Shown here in pieces: positions 53,577 through 64,000 of a stretch of 64,000 nt of DNA. The stretch is taken from NCBI GenBank assembly GCA_051362555.1, contig CM120648.1, forward strand, positions 9,420,587 to 9,484,586, read 5' to 3'. This DNA is from Lingula anatina (lineage: Eukaryota; Animalia; Brachiopoda). The notes beneath the pieces were generated by a model. The model was given only the letters and a program-made list of their open reading frames with translations. It did no database searches and was not told the origin of the DNA. Position 1 is the stretch's first letter, and the number at the start of each line of letters is the position of its first letter. The position numbers and the translations under genes were made by a program.

Positions 53577-54370
53577 CAATTCAATTCAATTCAATTCATT
53601 TTATTAAAGTCTAACCCATAGATACAATTAAAAAACAATAAAAATTAATACAGAAATTAGGCAGTTCTATAGAGAGCTATGAGAGACTTAAAAAAAACTA
53701 ATTACAGTTTAAATACATTAAATTTCTTCTTAATCCTAAGAAAAGGCTACAGGCTTTGGCAGTGCTAAAAATCATTTTTGGATCGTCAATCAGGAAAAGA
53801 AATTTGCTTTGTTCATCCAATAAATCAAAATCCGGCTTAAAACATTTAGCAGTTCTAATAAAATCAGTACGATGATCATTAAAAAATGGACAATTAATTA
53901 AGAAATGAATCTCATCCTCAACACAACCTGATTCACAGAGTACACACGTTCTCTCCAGGATTGGAAGTTTTTCATACCGTTCAGTTTCTATTCTGAGTGG
54001 GGCCACCCCACATCTCAGTTTAGCCAATGCCCGCCGGTGCTTGAGCGATAAAGTTGGTTTCTTAACGTATTCACTAACTACCAAGTCTTGCTTAAACAGT
54101 CTGAATAGCCTCAGCTTATTTCCACCTCCATTTCTACGTGGGGTATCATCCCATAGCTTCGCCCACCAAACGGAGTGACATTCAAAAGCTACACTCTCCC
54201 TAACACAATTAAGTGTACTAGCCTTCGGTATATCATTATCAGTTAAGTATAGGTGGCTTACTCCCATATCACTAAATTTACCTTTAACCCTAGTTATCCA
54301 ATTTTCCTTCCATTGTTTGATACTGCCTAAACTCCATAAAAACACCTTTTTAGTCAACCTATTACAATAG
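53577..54370 (-). mobile_element. 5'-truncated non-LTR retrotransposon 3' end
   Basis: ORF 53698-54357 with ALAKLRCGVAPLRIETER...C..C...EDEIHFLINCP; tail AATAAA + (TGAAT)n. Confidence 0.9.
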
Positions 54371-54377
54371 GTGGGGC

Positions 54378-55169
54378 GTCACAAGCATGCTCTTGAATTA
54401 TTGATTATGGCGTCGAAAATGGCATTGCCCACCACCAGCTAAGACTGACAAATGAGTCCACGAGGCTAGCAATTACCTGAGCCATAACATCGTGCTGTGC
54501 TTTAAGTATCAGACAGTAGGTGTAATAGATGGATGCACCGACTTTTTCTTTTTCTTTGTACAAAACTATCGAAACCGTGATTAAGTAACTGTTTGGATGA
54601 CGGGGCATGTAAGGGGAAAGGAGTTCTGTATGCATGTAAAACTTAAGCCTGCAAGCGGCATACCCATGATATACGAATGAAATTGATATAAAACGTCTTA
54701 CCTTTCCGCGCTCTTGTACTCCTATCCTCTTAACTAGATAGATCTTTAAAAAATAATTTTGTCAACTCTGCTGTTTCATAACTGGTTCCCGCGAAATAAG
54801 GCATAAGGGTGGGTCTCACATTAACTCATTCCATAAAGTCTTAGTTAAATAACAACATTGGGTATAAAATCACTTACCTCCTTCAATTAATTAAACTGCG
54901 AAACAGGTTTATAAGTTGAAATTAAGCAACTTACCTCCCCCGAGAAGCGTCTTTTCGCCTAGTTTTGCCGACCTGTGTAACTGGGTGTGCGAGCTGGTTA
55001 GATTATCTTTCTACTAAGGTGTAATTAATGTGGAGTATCGATTCTTAAACAATATCCCAGTGGCACTTGCGCGGTCTTTTGTTAAAGGACAATAGTCATA
55101 AAAATCCATTTATCGAATTCTGAAGATCCAACACTTAATCTATACTCTACAGTAATGTTTTAATCGATC
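54378..55169. repeat. ~790-bp direct duplication, copy 1
   Basis: Near-identical to 58149-58939. Confidence 0.9.
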
Positions 55170-58148
55170 TCTGTCATTTAAAAATTATAAAAACAATCTA
55201 TTAGTAGACAAAAAGCGTTTTAGTAAACCTCACCTCAATATGTATAAATGAAGCAACAGATCTGGGTCACGTGGTACTGTGACGACAATGAGGATAAAGG
55301 TCTACATATATTTATAAAACTCAACTGAGCTGCAAGTGCATGCAGACAGAGAAGTTTAGGAAAGTTGTGTTGAACGGAGTTGAGCAATTTTCGTTATGCC
55401 TAAGTGTGTTAACGTTACCGTGGGATTCACCAAAATTGCAGCACTTGTTCACAATCTTTTCTTTGTCTGTGACGATCTTCCGTGACTTAGTAATTTCGGT
55501 GACAATAGTTGCGATAGTCTTTCAGATTAATTGTCATCAGTTGGCAAGCTTACTAATTGCTAATGCATTTTAAATGCATTGTAGGTGACCTAGAGCTCGT
55601 TAACAATAAAACCTGTTAATTATGCACCGCTGCACTTCCCAAGCCAAGTAATAACAGGTATCAAACTCGTCTTGGTGGGCTTTCATATTTTTCAATATAT
55701 CTCATTTGTTTCATGGGAATATATTATTGGTATTTGTAAATGACGTTAAATATCAATATTTTTAACAATTGAGTTCAAACACGGTCGCGGACATCAATAA
55801 AAAGTAATTGATCTCATGATCTTGATGCATGCGTATGCCCAGGCATTACTTCCTTGGAGGAAAACGTGTTGAGGAAAAACAGAAAAAGAGGGGTATATTA
55901 AAGAAAAATTGGGAACTGCAATAAAATGGTTCGTAATCCTTATCCGTTTATGCTCTAAGGATTTGTTTCTGAAGGTTATTTCATCTGACATATAAAATAA
56001 TTTAAAAGATTTATCATTTTATAACTTGAAAAGCAAGTTCTGCGTCTGTACGCAAAACTTTTTGCATATTTGTAAGCTTTCTCAAACCCAAAAACATGAA
56101 GCAGATCAAGGTAAAAGAGCATTGTTTGCTACTAGAAGCATGTAAAAAACCATTACTTTCATGCGTTTACTTAATGTGCAGTTTAACGAACGTTAGTTTA
56201 TTTTGAATTATGCATGGATATTTAACCTGGTAAGGGATATAAGAAAGGCACATACGAATTTTTAAAAGAATGTTGGTTGTAAAAAAGAACGCTACTGATT
56301 ACTAAGTTCATTGTTCATAACTTGGTATATAATGAAACGCGGTAGATACCCAATTCTTTTAAGTATGAAGCTACACTTTTTTAATGTTGATTTAAATCCC
56401 CTCTTCCAAAAATTGTATTATAACAGCGTGCTATAAAGATATACTCAAGAAAAAATTGCTTGGGTAAAAATTGGGTACGGAATGAACTTGAGACACTTGG
56501 TTTGTCATGAAGTTTTCATGAAAATATGTCAGATAACTTTATACTGCCCTTGAAAGAGTAAAGATTGAAAGATAATTTAAGAGAAACTTTGACGGGGAAA
56601 ATATCCACAAAGAGTGAAGGGCTACTGCACCAACATCTTGTTGAAAATTTTACACTGCGATTCTATTTTAATAAGCAAAGGAACCAATTGCCAAATTTAG
56701 ACTTTCATCACATAACAGGGGCGTAACCAGACCTGCAAAAATTGTACGCACAGCGCCGAGCACTTTCATTGTAAACACGATAAGTGGAAGGCAGTTTTAC
56801 TTTTGGGCTTTATATTTACAGAGCTGATGAATATTCATAAAACACAGGTCAAGTTCGAAAATCAGCATGATCGGGCCATTATTGTAGAAGTTATTTTTTT
56901 TTTCACTTTTCAGCATATACAGGTATGCAACACTGTAAACACATTTCAAGGAAAACCGATAGGCCTGTTGTCATGAAACTCTCAGGAGTAATTGATCTTA
57001 CTAAAACGCAAGTCAAGTTCGAAAATCGTCATGCAGCCTGAGTTGGAAAAGCAGTCTAATTGGCTTCTTTTTCTGGAAGTTATACATTTTCAAAGTGGGA
57101 ACATGAACTCCCATGGGCCTGAAGCCTTATGCTTGTTACACATTTTACTTACATTGGTATTACCTGTTGAGCATAATTAAAATTTGATGTTGAATTTGCA
57201 GTTTAACATACTTTTGCATCAGAATTGACAGAAGCCCATTTTGTGCATAGTTATTTCCTGCTTTTTGTCTGTACATTTGACAGCTTTGCTGCCTTGTTCT
57301 ATTTAAATTCAAATAAATGAATAATTTGGGTAAAATTGGTCTTCCACTTTTTTTTGTGCATTTTTCCTTAACTACAAGATTATTTTGTAACAGTTGCAGC
57401 ATTAAAAATTAAAATAAATAGCAATCTGAAAGAAGAAGTAATTACAAATGATAGGAATTTTGGATTAAGAGATTAATTGATTAGTTTGTCAGTCAATTTA
57501 TGTAGAATCTGATAATATGATTGAAAATACTGATTGAATTCTTGGCCTTGCACTGGGCAGTTTTACATTTGTGCCAAGTGGTTTTTTGGACTCTATTGTA
57601 CAGTGGTAAAAGTTCTTCAATTGCCATGAAAGTTTTTAATCAGACCCTATATGGTGCTGCCATCTGCTGTTGCTATCGGCAGACAATTAGTTTGCCTTTG
57701 TTTCTGAGTGAATCTACCGTCTAAAATCACTATTTCTGAAAATATTTGCGTTTTGCTGAGGGTAGGCTAGGCAATGCACGGCAAACTTCTTAGTAAGTGT
57801 GTACAACAGAATTTAAAAAAAACCCTAGTGATATTTGGTCGGGAGTTTCTTGAAGCATAGCACAGCGTTGCTGTCTATCGGCATCAGGCCGCTAGTTTGT
57901 CAATTATCACGAATTATTACCCACGGATTGCAAACCCATTCATTTTCTTATGGCAATCTAGCAACTCATTAAAAATGCACGCATGCGCAGTGGGTTAGGC
58001 GTGACGTCATGCAGTGCATTTCTGGGGATGCTTAAGTCTTAGTGATTAACGACTTACTCCCTTCCCTGTCTTCCCTAACATACACGTTGACCATGAGTTG
58101 CTTGTTTAGTTGTTATCCATATTAAGAAACCCTTGGAACCCAAACTTG

Positions 58149-58939
58149 TCACAAGCATGCTCTTGAAAGTGACTATGGCGTCGACATATGGCATTTCCCA
58201 CCACCAGCTAAGACTGACAAATGAGTCCACGAGGCTAGCAATTACCTGAGCCATAACATCGTGCTGTACTTTAGTATCAGACAGACAGTGTAATAGATGG
58301 ATGCACCGACGTTTTCTTTTTCTATGTACAAAACGATCGAAACCGTGATTAAGTAACTATTTGGATGACGGGGCATGTAAGGTGAAAGGAGTTCCGTATG
58401 CATGTAAAACTTAAGCCTGCAAGCGGCATACCCATGATATACGAATGAAATTGATATAAAAAGTCTTACCTTTCCGCACTCTTGTACCCCTATCCTCTTA
58501 ACTAGATAGATCTTTAAAAACTAATTTTGTCAACTCTGCTGTTTCATAACTGGTTCCCGCGAAATAAGGCATAAGGGTGGGTCTCACATTAACTCATTCC
58601 ATAAAGTCTTAGTTAAATAACAACATTGGGTATAAAATCACTTACCTCCTTCAATTAATTAAACTGCGAAACAGGTTTATAAGTTGAAATTAAGCAACTT
58701 ACCTCCCCCGAGAAGCGTCTTTTCGCCTAGTTTTGCCGAACTGTGTAACTGGGTGTGCGAGCTGGTTAGATTATCTTTCTACTAAGGTGTAATTAATGTG
58801 GAGTATCGATTCTTAAACAATATCCCAGTGGCACTTGCGCGGTCTTTTGTTAAAGGACAATAGTCATAAAAAATCCATTTCTCGAATTCTAAAGATCCAG
58901 CACTTAATCTATACACTACAGTAATGTTTTAATCGATCT
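58149..58939. repeat. ~790-bp direct duplication, copy 2
   Basis: Near-identical to 54378-55169; abuts the LINE 3' tail. Confidence 0.9.
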
Positions 58940-61900
58940 GGCCTTTATTCAATTGATAAAGGCAACAGGCTCATAGCAAATACATCACAAAGTTACAGTT
59001 CGACGTTTCACATCAGTTTTCTCTAGCAATCAAACCATGATAAATAAATCTAGCAAGGTTGTTCAGAGCATCAGGATTTTTTGTTTTCATCATTGCAATA
59101 TAATAATTTGAAGATGTATTATTATTATTCATATTAGGAATGTATCGAGCTCTCAATTCCTCATAACGAGGGCAAACTAGTAAAAAATGCTTCTCATCTT
59201 CAATTTCATAAATATTTTTGTCTAAGCAATATTTACACAACCTATCTATTTTTTTTTTTTTTTGTAAATTTTCATGCCTACCAGTTTTTATTGCAAGTCT
59301 ATGATTTGAAGCCCCGAATCTTGAAAATGCTACTCTGTATTTCCGAATATTTACATCAAATAAATATTTTTTTTAGGTCCTAACAAACTCTTAAACAATG
59401 CATAGTTTTCACAAAGTTTTGGACTATTGTGTATGCTTTCAATCCAATTTTGTCTAGCGCAGTCCTTCAGCCTTAGTAAAAATTGGCTTACAAAGGTATT
59501 TATATCACCCATATCTTGTGCAGGCCCGTAGCCAGGGTGGGTTCGAGGGGTTCGAAAGAACCCCCCTTGGTCCACTCTGGGTAAAATTTGACCAAGGTAC
59601 ATGGGGATTATATGGTAAAAGGTCCAGGTTTTCAGAAAAGACCCCCCCCTTTCAAATTGCTGGCTACGGGCCTGTTGTGCTATCCATGCATAACCAAAAC
59701 CATACATATAAATTATTTGTTTCACTTTCGTCTCCCAGTTAGTCCTTCCATGTTCATCTAGTGCACGCAACATATTATAGCAAGCTCTGGGGTACCTCTC
59801 TGGTTCCATCCTAATCAATTTCAGCCAATACTTAATACATCGTATAGTGTAAACTGGATACAATGATAATCTACCAGTTTCTCCGAGAACCACGACCTTT
59901 GAAGTCCTTGAACTCAGCCCCAATAATTTTTGACAGAATTTATGTTGAACTATTTCTATTTGTTCACAATGCTCGAAGCCCCAAATTTCAGCTACATAGC
60001 ACAGAGTTGGTACAACAACATGATCAAACAAATATAGCGACTGAGTCAAAGGGACGTCAAATTTTCTGATAAAGTATATCAGAATATTCATGGCTTTTTC
60101 TCCTTGCTGAGCTAGGGTACTCTTAGCTTTGCTCCAGGACAAAAAATCTGAGAATATCAGCCCTACATGTAGGTACTTATAATGGCTAACAATTTCTACC
60201 TCCTTATTATTTAGGAACCATTTTTCATGTTTATTTAAATAACCCCCTCGTCTGAATACATGTACGATGATCTTGGTTTTATGTATGTTGATCATCATGT
60301 CATATTTTTTGCAGAAGTTTTCTAGTTTTACTATAAGCTTTTGCAAGCTACCAACCGTGTCACTTATCTCTACGGCATCGTCTGCAAAGAGCAAATGTGA
60401 GATGTTTGGTGCATCTTCATTTACAAAAATGCCTTTACAGCTTTCATCATCTCTTAACATATATACAAATTCATTTAGAAATAAAGAAAACATAAATGGA
60501 CTTAACATGCAGCCTTGTTTGGTGCCTATGGTACAATCAAAATAATCATCTTTCATCTGTATACTTGACTTCAATTGTTTGTACATATATATATATAGAT
60601 TGAATGATTTTGACTAACTTTGTGTTAACCTTGTTTTTCAGTAAGGCATATATTAATAATGTATGGTCAATGCAATCAAAGGCTTTAGCGAAGTCAATGA
60701 AAATACAACAGCATCTTCCTCTATGTTTTGTAAGATATTTCTGTATTAGGGCTTGCAATGTGAAGCAATTATCAATTATCAATTGTACTATAGCCTTTCC
60801 TAAACCCACTTTGTTCTTCACAGAACTTACTTGTATCTTCTGCCCATTTTATTAATCTTTCATTCAGGACTTTTGTAAATATTTTCCCCACTACGTTTAA
60901 CAGAGAAATACCTCTGTAATTATTTGGATCATTTTTGTCACCTTTTTTTTTATAGATTGGGCATATAATAGCCTCTCCCCATTTTGCCGGGAAGACACCA
61001 GTTTGCATAACTTGATTATATAATAAACATAAACAGGGGACTAGGATGTCATTATTTTTAAATATCTCGACCACTAAGCCATCAGATCCTCCTGATTTGT
61101 TATTTTTCATTTTCCTCGTTGCAGCAATTGTTTCTTCATTTTTTATTTCGTCATCTAAATGATTGATTTCTTCTTTTTCCAGATTATCAATCAGCTGTTT
61201 AGCTTAATTTTTGAACATGCTTAGCTGTTCTAATAAAAGCTGAAAATATTGAAGCCAAGTGTCTGCTGATATGCTATTTCCCCCTGCTTTTGAAAACGTA
61301 TACTCTTTGAGGCGATCCCAAATTTCATTTGGGGAACTAGGGTCTTTAAACAGGTCCTCCGTTGTCTTGATTTTAAATTGCATTTGAGCATGCTCACAAA
61401 TTTTCTTGAATTTATTTCTGCTTATTTTATATGCTTGGAAATCTGCATTAAAATTTGTATGCCTAAACACATTCAATAGCTAATATTTTTCTACTTTGGC
61501 TTTTTCACAATTTTCATTCCACCCATTTGGTTGCCTTTTCAAATTTTTTTCTGCTTGCAAGACATACAGTCTGCTGCATAGTAAAGTATATCACACAAAA
61601 TATCAACAGCTGTTTTTACGTTTAATTTTACAGTATCATGAAACTTTTCTATCATAGTTTGTGTATTTGCATCTAATAGCTTTTCTTGGAAAACCTCCGT
61701 AAATTTTGTTCTCCATTTATAATGGGTTTAGTATCATGTATATTTATAGGTCTTGCGCCTCTAAATGATGCTGCAATGGGGAAATGATCAGATAGGTCGC
61801 TTTCCAACACTATAAAGTCGGTTCCAGATGGAAACAGATCAGTGGGTACAATTACATAATCAATAGTGCTTTTACCTTTATGAGATACAAAAGTGAAGTC

Positions 61901-62100
61901 TCCCTGAGCATATCTGGCACTTCTACCATTTAACACATGTATATTAAATTTTTTGCACAAGGACAACAAAGACGTACCAAAATAATTTTGCCCGTCATCT
62001 TTTGATTTACGATTTATATCAAAAGCGTGTCCGTCATAGTTTTCACCTAGAGGCACATATTTACTGCTATCATCAATTATAAAATCTTGTCTATTCCCTA
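58940..62100 (-). mobile_element. frameshifted LINE (AP-endonuclease + RT), 5'-truncated
   Basis: EN STIDY...SDHFPI (61673-62056); RT NYRGISLL, QSGFR, FIDFAKAFD, GTKQGCMLSP, LFADD; C-terminal CKYC...EDEKHFLLVCP; AATAAA tail. Confidence 0.93.
59521..59674. mobile_element. 154-bp MITE inserted in the LINE ORF
   Basis: TIR caggcccgtagccag / ctggctacgggcctg; ttgtg duplicated on both sides. Confidence 0.88.
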
Positions 62101-62450
62101 TAGACCTTTTTCATGTTTTGCGGAAATACGAAGTGCGCATGACAGGAACCGCACGCCACAGGGGTCATGGTAGTCCTCTGCTGTTTCCAGCATGGCAATG
62201 CTAGGTGTAGATGACGTACAAGGTGCGCATATAAAAAGGTCGTTTGAAGAGTGCACTGCTTTCTGTCAAACTAAAAGGGTGGCTGAAGCACAGAAATGCG
62301 TAAACTGTAGGCAAGAAAACAGCTATTTGGACGGAAAATCAAGCAATTAAATGTTTTTTTCTCAGTTTAAATACGATGCGCTGTACAACTAGACTTCACC
62401 TAAGCGTCCGATCCTTGGCTGCACTTCAATAGTGATGACGAACTAAAGCT
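62099..62450 (+). mobile_element. probable ISL2EU/Harbinger-related DNA transposon left-end fragment
   Basis: Begins atagacctttttc; decayed peptide DVQGAHIKRSFEECT...LKGWLKHRNA*TVGKK resembles a SAP motif. Confidence 0.35.
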
Positions 62451-62639
62451 TCAGAGTTCTTTTAAATGCTTCCGATAATAAAGATATGCGAAAGAGACTC
62501 GTTATTTTTTATATATTAAATCAAAATAGCCAGTAGACTCGTACACAGCTTTCAAGAGTGTGGACAGGTGCGTAGGCCTACGTCTTCACAATATTACATG
62601 TATATATGCAAGCTGTTGCGATATCACCTCATTTACCGG

Positions 62640-64000
62640 CAGTATCAATTTGTTACAAATGAAAGAGTTGTATGGTGACTTAAGCCAACGCATCTCAAAC
62701 ATTGAGGCAAACTTGTAAAAAAGGCTGACGGAAAAACTAGAGGGCACTATTGAGGGAGTGCGGAGCGACTTGAATGAGCACATGAGAAAATTCAAACGCG
62801 ATGTTGACAACAAAGTGAACGAAATAAAACATCTCCAGACAACAAAAAACTCAGAGGGTAAGAGGAGGTTCATTATAAAAAACTTACCCGAGGGAGCCAG
62901 GGAAAACAAAGACCCACAGGCCCTTAAGCAAAGTGTGAATTCCCTTATACAGTACGGGTTGAATATCAAACACGTCCTCCTTGAAAAAGCTGAACGAAAA
63001 ATTACAAGAAGAAAGGGCCCAGGCATCGTTGTTGTCACAGTCTCCAGTGTAGAGCAGAAAAATGAAATTTTGAAAAAACAAACGGAAACTAAAAAACAGT
63101 AAAGATTATCACAGAGTGTATATTGAGGAAGAAATTAGTGAGGGGGAACAGAAAATGAGTTCAAATTTGCGCACCATTCTGAGACAGATAAGATGTGAAA
63201 AAGACTAAAGATTAATGAATGGACGCTTAGTCAGAAACGATTATCATCAATCTCCAGCAAATCCACGCGAAGGACAAAGACGGTGGCGCCAGGAAGACGA
63301 AGAATGGTAGGGGTGTTTAACGCTCGGTTTTTGGAACTGTGACGGGTGGGCAAGGAGCAATATAGATAGCAGCGCGTTTCGTGAAACACTCGTTAAACAG
63401 CTAGATTACGATATCTTTGGCCTCGCCGAAACATTCTTACAGGGAAATGATGAGTTACAGATTGATGATTATTTCTGGAATGGTAAAAACCGCACCAATC
63501 TGCATATGAATGCGCATAGAGGATCGGGTGGAGTCGGCTGTTTAATACGGAAAAGATTGTTATCAACCTACGACGTTACAGCACTTGACTCTGAGATGGA
63601 AGGAGTTATGTGGTTGTTTTTTAAAGCAAAAACTGAAAGGAATAACTTTTGCTTGGGTGTATGTTATCTTCCCCCAGAGAACTCGACACGCAAAGTTGAC
63701 CCTGAAAAATATTTTTCACAGCTTGCAACAGATATATATGGTTACCAAAATTTGGGAAATATAATAATTTGTGGTGACTTCAATGCGCGCTGCGGACTAG
63801 ATCAAAACATTATCGAAGGTGCAGATGAAATAGAACCACGTAAAATTTTAGATGAGCATACGAACAGCCATGGAACACACTTTTTAAATTTACTAAACAG
63901 ACACAAACTTTTGCATGCTTAACGGTAGAATAGGCGAGAATGACTATACAGGCATATCGATACAGGGGGTTGGCTGTAGTTGATTACGTCATAGTGCCAC
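62640..64000 (+). mobile_element. LINE 5' part: decayed ORF1 and AP-endonuclease of ORF2
   Basis: Coiled-coil/RRM-like ORF1 (62758-63102); GFWNCDG, GLAETFL, GSGGVG, VCYLPP, ICGDFNAR motifs; stop at 63920-63922; runs off the window. Confidence 0.9.

Noticed and set aside
54378-58939. LTR pair of a retrotransposon
   Set aside because: No clear TG...CA ends, primer-binding site, PPT or internal gag/pol

Overview
Eukaryotic (animal, probably marine invertebrate/lophotrochozoan-type) genomic DNA, AT-rich and dominated by nested transposable elements. The left ~13 kb is comparatively TE-poor and CpG-rich. It holds the first coding exon (minus strand) of a SAMD11/Samuel(Moses)-like SAND-domain gene, with a perfect nuclear-receptor DR1 element just upstream. 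A single tRNA-Cys(GCA) follows at 14.0 kb. At 18.4-20.0 kb a large terminal exon encodes an unassigned protein of five FN3/Ig-like beta-sandwich units, three of them recent 324-bp tandem copies. Candidate upstream exons of that gene lie at 22.6, 31.6 and 48.0-48.3 kb, the last containing a coding 24-bp VNTR. The rest is a stack of elements: Tc1 copies (one a foldback made of two 3' halves), an EnSpm-type element, a DIRS relic nested in a Gypsy relic, a 6.25-kb P-type element with a 7-bp TSD, a decayed spliced P-type transposase with an RFX-like winged helix in place of THAP, Helentron-type elements carrying 146-bp satellite arrays, Harbinger-type MITEs and three LINE fragments. All gene models, family assignments and similarity estimates were made by eye, with no database search.
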